From positions 64,001 through 128,000 of the forward strand of contig CBDBKM010000013.1 of assembly GCA_965206695.1 (NCBI GenBank): a DNA stretch of 64,000 bases, given 5' to 3'. Source of the DNA: Chlamydiales bacterium (lineage in GTDB: Bacteria; Chlamydiota; Chlamydiia; Chlamydiales; JAAZZY01). Under the pieces are notes generated by a model. The model did no database searches, was not told the DNA's origin, and saw only the letters and a list, made by a program, of their open reading frames with translations. Shown here piece by piece: positions 1 to 10,725 of the stretch. Within the stretch, counting starts at the first letter, position 1, and each line of letters starts with the position of its first letter. Both the position numbers and the translations under genes were made by a program.

Positions 1-425
1 GAAATTAAAGCTCCAAAGAGCAAGCAAAAGATAAAGGACATCTCGATATGCATCCAATAAAATACATAATACATGATGATACCGACCAAGAAAGTCGATA
101 ATATTGTCCCAAAAATTGCGAGGACACTTACAACCCATTTTTGTTTCATCAAGTCTTCTGCTGTCAGCTGAAGAGAGCCTGCAAAAAGGAGAAAACTTAA
201 CATGCCCCCTAATAACGTCTTGCTAAAATCAATTTGGCTTATAACTCTGATCGCATGTGATTCTAATTTAATACCCAAAACATGAAGTAAAATTAAAAAA
301 AGGGAGAAAATAAGAGCAATAGTCATTAATCCAATAGAAGCCGGCAGTTTGATATACCTATAATTAATATAGGAAAACAATCCCGTTAAACTTATGATAA
401 TCGCTATAATATTGAGAAGGCTCAT
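1..425 (-). CDS. Na+/H+ antiporter, CPA1/NhaP family (5' part; runs off window)
   Basis: Manual translation from ATG 425: MSLLNIIAIIISLTGLFSYINYRYIKLPASIGLM...IDFSKTLLGGMLSFLLFAGSL, a typical NhaP N-terminus; not in ORF track. Confidence 0.85.
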   Translation of the reverse strand, partial: MSLLNIIAIIISLTGLFSYINYRYIKLPASIGLMTIALIFSLFLILLHVLGIKLESHAIRVISQIDFSKTLLGGMLSFLLFAGSLQLTAEDLMKQKWVVSVLAIFGTILSTFLVGIIMYYVFYWMHIEMSFIFCLLFGALI

Positions 426-507
426 CGTATCCAAATATTAAATATTAACTTGTAAGAAATAAGGTATTTTACATTCAAGCATTTTAAATATTATAGTTCT
501 AACTATT

Positions 508-625
508 TTGACAGCTCCCAACCCTAAAGGGAAGGGATTCCTAATTCATCGACCACTGCTAACAAACAAGCTAGTCTAACATGATCTCCAAAGGCTTAAA
601 TTACCGACTACCCTGCGGTATCGAG
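508..625 (-). ncRNA. Putative TnpB omegaRNA/reRNA scaffold (right end)
   Basis: Overlaps tnpB 3' end and ends in hairpin + TCAA; a degenerate homolog occurs at 23889-23962. Confidence 0.6.
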
Positions 626-2627
626 ATTAATAGATGCATTAAGATCTCTATCGTGTGTTACTTTGCAGTTTGGACACTGCCAACTTCTCACACTTAAATC
701 TAAAATTTCTATTTGGTACCGGCAGGCAGAGCATAGTTTTGAACCGGCAAAAAATTGATCTAATTCCACTATATTTCTTCCGTACCATTCACACTTATAC
801 TTTAAAAATGTTAAACACTGCCTCCATCCTGCATCCGATATATGCTTGGAAAGTTTTTTATTTTTTAACATCTTATTAATATTTAACCCTTCTATCGTGA
901 TCGTTTGGTTTTCACGAGCCAACTTTGTAGAAAGTTTATGATGAAAGTCCTGCCTTATATTTTTTATCTTCGAATGTATCGAAGCCACCGATCTTCTTTT
1001 TTTGAATCTGTTTTTACCTTTGACTTTAGCTTTGCTAAGAGAACGTTGTTTTCTTTTTAGTCTTTTCTTATGAAATCTAAAAGGTTTAGGTGCCGTAATC
1101 TTTTTCCCTGTAGAAAGAGTTGCGAATGTCGTTAATCCTAAATCTATACCGACAGAATTATTTCTCTTCTCAAAAGGGATCACTTCTTCTTCTACTAATA
1201 GGCTCACAAAATACCTGTCACAAGAGTCTTTTGTGATTGTTATACCTGTTGGTGTACCTAAAAAACACCTTGACCAATGTATTTTTAATCTGTCTTTAGA
1301 TTTTGCAATCTTAAGATTAACCCCATCCCAACTAAATGCTGACTTAGTTAATCGTATTGCCTGCGTACTGTGTTTGTTTTTAAAGCGAGGGAAATTTGAC
1401 CTTTTTTTAAAAAAGTTTAAAAAAGCTCTATCAAGATCTCTAAGACTTTGTTGCAGACAAACAGAAGAAACTTCGTTTAACCAAAGAAACTCTTTGTTTT
1501 GCTTAAGACTTGTCAAGAATGCCGATGTTTTAGAATAACTTACATTCTCTTTGTATTCCTGATATTTCTTGATCTTAAAATTTAAAGCTTGATTATAGTC
1601 ATTTAATTTTATATTGATAAGATTGCTTGATCAATGGCGAATTTAAAATTCGTAACTTTTCGTAATATCTCTCTAACTTTATTTTTCATATTAGCCCAAT
1701 ATTTTTCTATAGGATTTAAGTCCGGAGAATATGGAGGAAGAAACATAAGCTTACAACCGGCAGATTCTACTGTTTTCCTGCTTTCCGCTGACTTGTGAAA
1801 ACCGGCATTGTCAAGAATAAGAACACTACCGGGTGTAAGCTGAGGAGTCAAAACTTCCTTAAGCCAAATATTGAATAACCCGGTATTACAAGTACCTTCA
1901 AAACACATTGGAGATAAAAACTGCCCTTTAGATAGGGCTGAAATAATATTTTGCCTTATAAAGCGGTTTCCTGAAACCGCTCCAAAAACTTTTTTGCCGC
2001 GTAAGCTTCTTCCGGACTCACGAAATAAAAATTGATGAATCCCGGTTTCATCGAGATAAATTCTCTTGTCAAAGGGAATATTTTTTAAATCTTTCATAAA
2101 AGCTTCCCGTTTCTTTTCATCTCTTTCCTTATAGCGAGTAGTTTTTTTTTTCGTGTAATTTTTAATCTTTTAAGGGCATAAAAAATCGTTTGCGGAGTGA
2201 CTGAAAAATAATCAGCAATTTCCGATAAAAAATAATCCGGATGTTTTTCTACATATTTAGATAACAACTCATCATCTAATTTCTTATAAGCATATTTTCT
2301 GCGGATTGGCTTTAAATGTCCTTTTTGCTTTTTTTGCAAGATCCATCGATATATTGTTGCGATACCTACTTGAAAAATATGGCCGGCTGTTTTTTTATCA
2401 TGATGTTTTTCTATATGTTGTAATACTTTCTCTCGAAGATCTACTGAATAGGCTCTAGGCATTGTTTTGTCCTTACTGTTTGTATAAAAAAAGAAGGATA
2501 ACATATTATCAAATAAAAATTAAAATACTATATATACAACTCTAGAACATCCAAAGCTTTTTGTAAGCAACTCCTTTTGTTTTTTCGTTGGATAGAATCT
2601 GAATTTATATGCTTTTTTGATCATCAT
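608..2627 (-). pseudogene. tnpB: TnpB RNA-guided nuclease split by an IS630 insertion
   Basis: Removing the IS630 and one TA restores MIKKAYKFRFYPT...SRVVY-NQALNFK in frame; RuvC motifs GIDLG, IEGL, DRDLNA and the Zn finger are present. Confidence 0.9.
1596..2530 (-). mobile_element. IS630-family element copy 1 (orfA 2094-2462, orfB 1609-2097, A10 frameshift tract)
   Basis: IRs TAGTATTTTAATTTT/TAGTCATTTAATTTT, TA duplication, DDE motifs YLDETG, LDNA, YSPDLNPIE. Confidence 0.95.
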
Positions 2628-2639
2628 GTATTGCATTAT

Positions 2640-3053
2640 ATGTCCGGTATATATATATTGTCTATATGGAAAACCTCTAAAACAGCAGTTTTTAACCTTA
2701 GTTACCATGTTATTTGGTGTCCTAAATATAGGAGAAAGGTTCTTGAAGGTGATATTGTTGTTCGTTTAAAGGAATTATTAGAATTAAAAGCTCTACAACT
2801 AAATATAGAGATTCACGAACTGAATATTATGCCTGATCACGTACATATTTTTTTAAATACCAAGCCTATATATTCGCCACAATTTTTCATAGGACAACTT
2901 AAGGGATATACAAGCCGAATATTAAGGCAAGAATTTTCAAGCTTAAGATCCGGGTTACCCACACTGTGGACACGGTCTTATTATGTTGATAGTGTTGGAA
3001 AATTAAATGAATATACAATCAGAAAGTATATACGGAATCAAAAAAACAAATAG
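2640..3053 (+). CDS. tnpA: IS200-type Y1 HUH transposase
   Basis: YHVIWCPKYRR, DHVH (HUH), LWTRSYY, IRKYIRNQ; exact start uncertain. Confidence 0.92.
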   Translation: MSGIYILSIWKTSKTAVFNLSYHVIWCPKYRRKVLEGDIVVRLKELLELKALQLNIEIHELNIMPDHVHIFLNTKPIYSPQFFIGQLKGYTSRILRQEFSSLRSGLPTLWTRSYYVDSVGKLNEYTIRKYIRNQKNK

Positions 3054-3322
3054 ACACTTTCATCCCACCCTTAAAAAGGTGGGGTTTCTCGTTTAATTGT
3101 CATAAGACCTCTGCATAACTGATTTTTAATAATGATTTTTAAAAAATTCATTAGACTTCTTTCGAAATTAAATTAAAAGAAGAAATATTACAAAATAGTG
3201 TAAAATAAATCTTTTAAAGTCTATCAGGTGTTAAGAAAAAAACTGTTATATATTGTAATAAATTCATTTGTTTAGTTACATTGTTTGTTAATATTAACCA
3301 AATTTACACAGGATTTTATTTA

Positions 3323-4760
3323 ATGTCAAAAGAAAATTATTGCTATAGAATGTCCGAATATTCGAATCCGAGTAATACCCTTAACAACCAATTGATGTTG
3401 GGGGCCGGTGCTATTTTAACCCCAAGTTATGGGGTATAAAACTCTTAAGTCGGGTACACAAGGACTCTTTGGAACCGATACTTTAGCGGAACGATATCAA
3501 TATTTACAAAAGGTTTGGGAAGGTGATGATAGTGGAATTTATGGACGTTGCACTAATCTCGCTCAATCTATTTTCGGTTCTACAAACGTCAGTGATTGAG
3601 CACATCATTTATTAACCGCAGGAATCTATGGAATAGTAACAGCTGCTACGGGATACGCAACGTATTATGCATATAATCAAATTAATGACAATATCCCCAA
3701 TACCATGGAATATAAAAATCCGTAGCTAAAGGAACAATTTGATCTCGACTACACAACCTGTAAAACCGATCTCCTAAACAACGAAACATTAGGCAATAAT
3801 CTTGAATCGTTAAAGGAACAAGTCGGTAACGCAAACCGTGAATACATACATATTAAAGATGACTGTTCGAGTGAACAGGATTGTCCCGCCTTAATTGCTG
3901 CTACAGATGAATTAATCAAAGCCAACAATGCTTGGGAAACGGCTGGCAATGAATTTATAGCAGTTCAGCCCTCTTGTCTAAACGCTTACAATAACATGGA
4001 TGCTGCTCTCGAGGCGAAAACAGATAGAAAGCCTTTTCCTTTTTGGTGGGATGCGCATTGCATGGAAGACGATCAGGATAGAGCGTGTGAACAGCTGGAA
4101 TTTCTAAAATATTTTGTTGAGGACACGGGACCTTTTCTATCACGTCATCTGAAGCCTCCACATAATTATGATGAACATTATATCCGCAAATTCCATGGAA
4201 TATAAAAATCCGAAGCTAAAAAGACAATTTGATCTCGACTACACAAACTGTAACACCTGTACCCTACACGAAACATTGCGCAAGGAGCTTAACCCATTAC
4301 AAAGAACAAGCCATGAAAGCACGCTGCAAAAAGAGCTCCATATTAGAAATAAGTGTTGGAGTGAATGGAATTGTACCGGCTTATTTACTGCTATGGTTGA
4401 AGTATTCAAAGCCAACAAGGCTTGGAAAACGGCCGGCAATGAATGTAACTCAGCTAAGGACTGTTGGCAACACGGCCTACGCTTTTCGAGCAAACAGGTC
4501 GAAATACTAAGATGTCTTGGGATTCGTATTGCATGACAGAAGATCCGGATAGAGATTGTCAAAAGTGGTATATCGTAGAAGATCAAACGAAGTAATTTCA
4601 AAAAGGTTGCTTCGACTTCTTCAATTCCGGCTCTGATCTTTATGAATATTCTATTCCATTACAGCGTTGTGATGAGAGCACCGGTGATTTTTTTAACTCT
4701 GACGGGACACTGCGGCTAAATAATTTTGCCGGTTTCATTTACGAGAGCAAACACCTGATT
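3323..4760 (+). pseudogene. Decayed gene with hydrophobic N-terminal segment and two tandem Cys-rich modules
   Basis: AGGA RBS + ATG 3323, stops and frameshifts; ~490-bp-period repeat (CCATGGAATATAAAAATCCG at 3703 and 4193). Confidence 0.6.
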
Positions 4761-4872
4761 ATAGTGTTTTTTCTAGAATCAGAACAAAAATTGAAACGCG
4801 TTTACTGTCTAAGATTTTTACGCATTTTAGAGATCAAGTCTGCATTTATAGAAGCTATTACTTTAAATATGA

Positions 4873-5067
4873 AACATATTTTGGCTAGAGCAAGTAAAGA
4901 CTAGCCGTAATATTCTTTTTAAATATGGGAATATATCATCTGCTACTTTACCTCATATCCGGGAAGAAATTTTTCAATATCTTACTGTCAAAAATACGAC
5001 ACCGATTATAAGACTAGCCTTTGGCTCAGCTCTCAGTATTTATGGCATGATCGTATTTAAAATTTAA
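4873..5067 (+). pseudogene. C-terminal remnant of a type III polyketide synthase (chalcone synthase-like)
   Basis: SRNILFKYGNISSATLPHIREEI...RLAFGSAL matches YGNMSSATxxHIW...LAFGPGL. Confidence 0.7.
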
Positions 5068-6635
5068 GCCCAAAGAAAAGTAGGCAGAAAAGAATCGTAC
5101 CAAGCACTCTTTAACTCAGGAAACGTATTGATAATAGCAGACATTCTATTTTCATATTCTTGATTATGGCAAGGTTTAGATTCCCATTTTCTTATAAAAC
5201 GACGAACTAAATTTAAATCGATTTCTTCAGAAAGCCCACCCTCTTCAGTTATATAATCACTTAGAAAAGCCTCTAGTAGATGAACTCTAGAATATTCTGT
5301 CCACTGCTTGTAAAAAGATAACGTTTCTTTGATAACAATAGTTGGATTTGACTCTTTTTTGCTATGTATTAAGAGTAACAAGGCAAAAATTAAGGTTTTT
5401 ACCGATGCTGTACTACAATTACCTATCTTTTGCCATTTTGAAGGCAATTTCTTAAAGATATCATTGAGGGTTTGTAAATATGGATCATGTGGATCACTCC
5501 CTAAAGCTTCGGGTAAGTCATTATAAAAGAATTTGACTCCTTCTTTTGCAGAAAAAAGATGATTCGCTCTTTGCATGTGAGAGATGGTATGCTTATTAAT
5601 TTTATTCGGATCTATTTTATAGATAACAACAGGTTGTGAAGTATGCCCTTCACCTTTATTACAAATAAATAGATATGAATCATAAAAAAAAATTTCAATG
5701 GCGTGACCATTCCAACCGGTAGAAATAATAACACATTTTTGTTGCAGTATCTTATTTGCAAGTTCGGTAGGGCCAAGATACATATTCTCTAACCCATCAT
5801 TTAAATGCTTAAGAAGCATTTTTACATCATCCTGATTTAACCAATATGGTAACACTGTATCCGCTATAAAAGATTTTAAGGCATTTGTAACCGTGGGAAA
5901 AGTCATAGAGGGGAATCCCCCTTCAATGTTTTTTAAAGACTTTTCGGCCAGTAGCGCATTTCCTTCAATCCCCCAAAAGCTTGAAGCAACTTTCAAATGA
6001 AAAAATTTAGAAACATAATCCCTATTCAATCCCAACTCTTCCAGTAAATCCACAATCCTTGATTTTGAATTGAGATAGGCACAAATTAAAGCATCTGCCC
6101 CGGAATTTGTTTTTAGATGAATATCAGCTCCTCTGTGTATCAAAGAAACAATGGACTCATAGGCTCCCCAATAAGCTGCCCAATGTAGCGGTGTCGCCTC
6201 ATTTGAATCTTTTGCATTAGGATCTGACCTAAAGGCCAATAAAAGATTCATCGCAGATACGTGATTGTTACCGGCTGCAAAATGAATGGGTAGTGCCCGG
6301 GTCGGTTCTGCCGGCATTTGTAGATTTGCACCATTAGCAATCAGGATCTTCAAAATATCAATACGACCGGTTGCTGCTGCTAAATGAAGCGGAGCTCGTC
6401 CTTGAGCATCATATGCATTAATATCGACTCCTTGATTTAAAAAATGCATAACACTATTTAAATCGCCACACACAATAGCCTCATGTAAACTCTCACCAAT
6501 AATGGGATTAAAAGGATTGAAAAAAATATTTGAAAAACAAGAAGGAGGTGTAACTGTATTGCCGGGAAAGGGTTGAAGCGACTTAGGTGTAAAATAATTT
6601 GTTACTAAAGTAGTCATTTGTCCAAAAGAAATCAC
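5064..6635 (-). CDS. Ankyrin-repeat protein with C-terminal putative cysteine-protease-like domain (effector candidate)
   Basis: About 5 ankyrin repeats (GRAPLHLAA, ATPLHWAA); GWNGHAI, CNKGEG and QKIGNCS motifs. Confidence 0.85.
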   Translation of the reverse strand: MISFGQMTTLVTNYFTPKSLQPFPGNTVTPPSCFSNIFFNPFNPIIGESLHEAIVCGDLNSVMHFLNQGVDINAYDAQGRAPLHLAAATGRIDILKILIANGANLQMPAEPTRALPIHFAAGNNHVSAMNLLLAFRSDPNAKDSNEATPLHWAAYWGAYESIVSLIHRGADIHLKTNSGADALICAYLNSKSRIVDLLEELGLNRDYVSKFFHLKVASSFWGIEGNALLAEKSLKNIEGGFPSMTFPTVTNALKSFIADTVLPYWLNQDDVKMLLKHLNDGLENMYLGPTELANKILQQKCVIISTGWNGHAIEIFFYDSYLFICNKGEGHTSQPVVIYKIDPNKINKHTISHMQRANHLFSAKEGVKFFYNDLPEALGSDPHDPYLQTLNDIFKKLPSKWQKIGNCSTASVKTLIFALLLLIHSKKESNPTIVIKETLSFYKQWTEYSRVHLLEAFLSDYITEEGGLSEEIDLNLVRRFIRKWESKPCHNQEYENRMSAIINTFPELKSAWYDSFLPTFLWA

Positions 6636-6790
6636 ATTTTGATATTAATGATATATTAATACAAAATAAAGTCAACTATAATAAAATCAACTATTAAAAA
6701 CACACTTTAGTTAAAATACGAGTGAAAATACAAATAATAAATATGATAAATACTCGGAGACGGCGACTAATATTCGAAACCGTTGATTAA

Positions 6791-8115
6791 CTCAACTACC
6801 CGCATCGTGCGGGTTTTCTCATTGCGCTTTTCCTGTTTCAACACGCCCCTATCATTACCGCTAAGCGGCTACTTTCGGCTTGTTTGATGCTTCACAGGCA
6901 CTACCTGCAGTGGCTAATATATTTCTCGCGGCATTAATATCTCTGTCATGCTCTTCACCACAACTTATACAACGCCAACGTCGCACATTAAGACCCAACT
7001 CATTGAGTACAAACCCACACCTCGAACACATCTTACTCGTATTCCTTGGATTAGCAAGCATAAAATCTCTTTTATACCAATTAGATTTATACTCAAGTTG
7101 TCGGCGGAACTCACTCCAAGACGCGTCCCCAATCGATCGACTTAACTTTTTGTTAGACCTCATGCTACGCACAGAAAGGTCTTCTACTGCCACCGTTTGG
7201 TGCTTCTTAACAATAGTCGTACTCAATTTATGCAAAAAGTCTCGCCTCTTATCGGCTATTCGTGCATGAAGCTTTCCAAGCCTTTTACGTGCCTTTAATC
7301 TATTGTTAGATCTTTTCTTTTTTTTAGAGAGAAATCTACTTTTCTTTTTAAGTGTCCTTAAGTTTTGTCTTAATATCTTGGGAGAATTTATTTTTTCTTC
7401 CTCGCTTGTTACGATATAACAATGAAGGCTCATATCTATTCCAACAGAAGATGTTGTATAGGGAATCTCTTTTTCGAATTTGCAATCAAACCTGTAAGGA
7501 TACAACCATCTATCAGCAGAATCTACAGATACAGTAGCGCTATTTGGAAATATCGGTACTTCTTGAGACCACACAACATTAACTTTTCCAAGTTTTGGAA
7601 GTTTTAATATTTTTTTATCTTGGAAGATGTTTTTGGTTTGTCGTTTGTCAAGTGTATAGGTACAAGATCTTTTGAATCTCTTGAACCTTGGAAACTTTCC
7701 TTGTTTACGAAAAAAACGTTGATATCCGGATTCCGGACCCTTTAAAGTATTACAATGAACTGTTCCCGTTGTCTTCCTTAAAAAGGGCTTTTCTTTTTTA
7801 AGCTTAGTTATTTCACGAGATAGACCAATCCAATTAATAGACTCTTTCTTTTCTTCATAAAATTTTGATCTGTATGCTAAAGACCAATTATAAACAAACT
7901 TAGAAGATCTAAATTCTTCTTTAAGTTGCCGTCTCTGCTTGAGTGTAGGATAAAATCTTAGTTTGACTGCTTTTACTGTAAACTCTTTATTTTAAGCAGC
8001 TAGTATATCCAACAAGCACCGCCACCGTCAACAATTAATGCGCTTTTCGCTCCTCTCTGCTCCTCTTCGATACGTAACTGTCACTCGTGGGTCGTCTGCA
8101 TCCGTGCAGTCTTCA
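6791..8115 (-). mobile_element. TnpB-only (IS1341-like) IS200/IS605 derivative
   Basis: tnpB frame, left hairpin CTGCA-CGGA-TGCAG, right hairpin CCCGCA-CGA-TGCGGG-TAGTTGA; left end homologous to 39876-40000. Confidence 0.75.
6861..7979 (-). pseudogene. tnpB: TnpB, 372 codons open but start codon reads ACA
   Basis: In frame from (T)VKAVKLRFYPT to stop; GIDMS, VEDL, DRDINA intact; paralog at 40001 has ATG at the same position. Confidence 0.85.
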
Positions 8116-8139
8116 ACGAATCACTTATTCTTAAGTTAA

Positions 8140-8898
8140 TTATCTGGGGTCAATTGATTTTGCCAAGTTAAGCAATTCTTTTGGATCAACTTGTTGCCCC
8201 ATAAGTTTAACAAAAGCAGATCCTACAACAAAACCATCAGCTTGTTCTAAAACTTTCTTGGCACTTGCTTTATCCGCGATACCAAAACCAACAGCTACCG
8301 GCAATAACGAATGTTGCTTAACCTTTGAGATCTCTTTTAAAATATTATACGGAAGCTTATTCTTAACTCCCGTTGTCCCTTTACGACAGGCGTAATAGAC
8401 AAAACCTTTAGATGAAGAAGCTATCATATCAAGGCGGCTCTTTTCGGTAGAAGGAGAAGCTAAAAAAACAGGGTCTAATTGATGTTGCCGTAATAATTGA
8501 ATATGAACAGCAGCTTCTTCAGGAGGCAGATCGACAACCAATATTCCGTCAAAACCACATGCTCCGGTTTTCTCTATGAATGGTTCTCCTCCTTTTAAAA
8601 GAGGATTATAATAGGTGAATAATAAAAGAGGGACTTGGGTTTTTTCTCTGATTCTTCTTCCGATTTCTAAAACATCTTTTGGCTTTATACCTTTTTGTAG
8701 AGAACGTTCCACCGCATCTTGAATGGTAGGTCCATCTGCTACCGGATCTGAAAAAGGAATACCCAGTTCCAGCAGATCGACACCTCCTTTAATTAAAGCT
8801 TTTGCGCATTCTACACAATACTCTATGCCTCCATCTCCACCGGTGATATAACCGATATAAACCGGCCCTTTTTCAAAAGCTTGTTGAATTCTTGTCAT
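8140..8898 (-). CDS. trpA: Tryptophan synthase alpha chain
   Basis: LELGIPFSDPVADGPTIQ, VGFGI. Confidence 0.97.
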   Translation of the reverse strand: MTRIQQAFEKGPVYIGYITGGDGGIEYCVECAKALIKGGVDLLELGIPFSDPVADGPTIQDAVERSLQKGIKPKDVLEIGRRIREKTQVPLLLFTYYNPLLKGGEPFIEKTGACGFDGILVVDLPPEEAAVHIQLLRQHQLDPVFLASPSTEKSRLDMIASSSKGFVYYACRKGTTGVKNKLPYNILKEISKVKQHSLLPVAVGFGIADKASAKKVLEQADGFVVGSAFVKLMGQQVDPKELLNLAKSIDPR

Positions 8899-10100
8899 GA
8901 TCGATCTCCTAAATCAAAATCTTTCGATTCAAATAACGCAGGCAAATCTTTATCTCCCCTTCCTGATAAGTTAACAATGACAACGCTCCCTTTAGGAATA
9001 TCAGGAGCTACTTGCTCTAAATGAGCTAAAGCATGGGCCGATTCCAGTGCAGGAATAATACCTTCTGTTTGAGACAAATTTTTAAAAGCTTTTATAACGT
9101 CACGATCCAAAGCATAGGCATATTCGACACGCCCACTTTCATAAAGCATCGCATGTTCCGGACCTATAGCCGGGTAGTCTAAACCTGCCGAGACAGAAGC
9201 TGTTGGTAAAATCTGTCCCACTTCATCTTGCAACAAATAGGTATAACAGCCATGTAAAACTCCGGGAGAGCCACCGGCAAAACGAGCAGCATGCTCATTT
9301 GCTCCCAGTTCTTTTCCCCCGGCTTCAACACCAATTAATTCCACTTTTTTATCATCTAAAAAAGCGGAGAAAATACCGATAGCATTCGAGCCTCCTCCAA
9401 TACATGCTATAACAAATTGTGGTAATGACCCTGTAAGCTCCAGAATTTGTTGCTTGGTTTCTATTCCAATAATCGAATGCAAACCTCGAACCATCTGAGG
9501 ATAGGGATAAGGACCCAAAGCTGATCCTAAACAATAAAAACTCGTATCATAAGTAGCCGACCATTGCCTTAAGGCTTCGTTAATAGCATCTTTTAATGTT
9601 TTCGAACCTTGGGATACTGAGACAACCTCTGCACCTAAAAGGCGCATTTTCAAAACATTGGGCTCTTGCCTTTTTATATCAACTTCGCCCATATAAACCA
9701 CACATTCCAGGCCCATATACGCACAAGCTGTAGCTGTTGCCAAACCATGCTGCCCGGCCCCCGTCTCGGCAATAATACGTTTTTTCCCCAGCTTTTTAGC
9801 TAATAGGCATTGCCCTAAAGCATTATTAATTTTATGTGCTCCCGTATGGAGTAAATCTTCTCGTTTTAAAAAAATGCGAGGCCCATTAATAAATTCAGCA
9901 TAACGACACACTTCTGTCATTGGAGTGGGTCTACCGGCATAATGTTTTAAAATGGATTCTAACTCTGATCTAAACGCTGCATCATTCCAATAATATTCCC
10001 ACCCATCCTGTACCTCTTTAAGAGGAGCAACAAGAATCTCAGGCATATAAGCTCCACCATATGGACCGTAGCGCTGATTGCTTTTATCCTTTTTCGTCAT
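8895..10100 (-). CDS. trpB: Tryptophan synthase beta chain
   Basis: LHTGAHKINN, AETGAGQHG, NLSGRGDKD. Confidence 0.98.
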   Translation of the reverse strand: MTKKDKSNQRYGPYGGAYMPEILVAPLKEVQDGWEYYWNDAAFRSELESILKHYAGRPTPMTEVCRYAEFINGPRIFLKREDLLHTGAHKINNALGQCLLAKKLGKKRIIAETGAGQHGLATATACAYMGLECVVYMGEVDIKRQEPNVLKMRLLGAEVVSVSQGSKTLKDAINEALRQWSATYDTSFYCLGSALGPYPYPQMVRGLHSIIGIETKQQILELTGSLPQFVIACIGGGSNAIGIFSAFLDDKKVELIGVEAGGKELGANEHAARFAGGSPGVLHGCYTYLLQDEVGQILPTASVSAGLDYPAIGPEHAMLYESGRVEYAYALDRDVIKAFKNLSQTEGIIPALESAHALAHLEQVAPDIPKGSVVIVNLSGRGDKDLPALFESKDFDLGDRS

Positions 10101-10725
10101 ATTTTCTTACCTTTTCAATAAAACGAGCCATTAGGTCATAATCTTTTCGCGGGCTTTTCGGTTTGCATACACCGGTTGCCAGATCTACACCAAAAGGATT
10201 TAACATGCGTAATCCCTTTTCAATATTATTAATATTTAAGCCTCCTGATAGTATCCAAGGTGAATATCCCAAAGGCTTAAAAACATCCCAGTTAAAAGTT
10301 TTCCCACTCCCTCCTTTCTCAGAGTCATAAAGAAGCCAGTCTCTATCTTTATTCAATTGATCTTGTTTTAAGGTTTTGTTTTCAATTATGTTCCCGTTTG
10401 AGGCAACTTCTACTGCAAATATCCTTTCAAGATGTTCATCAACTTCATTAAACGCTTCTCTTGACTCTTTTCCATGCAGTTGTACTATCGATAAATTTAA
10501 AATTGCAGCCTTTTTATTAATCTGATCGGCGTCATCATTTACAAACACACCAACCGGTCTTATAGCATTTTCTTTTGCAGCCTGAATAATTTCTAAAGCT
10601 TGATTCATTTCAATATAACGCTTTGATCCAAGAAATAAATTAATACCAATAATATCAGCGCCTAAATCGGCTGCCATTTTTGCATCTTCCGGATCGATGA
10701 TACCGCAAATTTTAATAACAGTCAT
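10084..10725 (-). CDS. trpF: Phosphoribosylanthranilate isomerase
   Basis: IKICGI, VQLHG, GGSGKTFNW, LSGGLN. Confidence 0.95.
   Translation of the reverse strand: MTVIKICGIIDPEDAKMAADLGADIIGINLFLGSKRYIEMNQALEIIQAAKENAIRPVGVFVNDDADQINKKAAILNLSIVQLHGKESREAFNEVDEHLERIFAVEVASNGNIIENKTLKQDQLNKDRDWLLYDSEKGGSGKTFNWDVFKPLGYSPWILSGGLNINNIEKGLRMLNPFGVDLATGVCKPKSPRKDYDLMARFIEKVRKYDEKG

Larger units (their letters stand above)
508..3101 (-). mobile_element. IS200/IS605-family element (divergent tnpA/tnpB), tnpB interrupted by IS630
   Basis: Right end GAAT-hairpin-TCAA at 508-540 (minus strand); left-end hairpin ~3063-3084; TTAT abuts left end at 3102-3105. Confidence 0.85.

Noticed and set aside
7980..8115. 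tnpB leader as a group I intron (IStron)
   Set aside because: Too short, and I cannot identify the P7/catalytic core elements.
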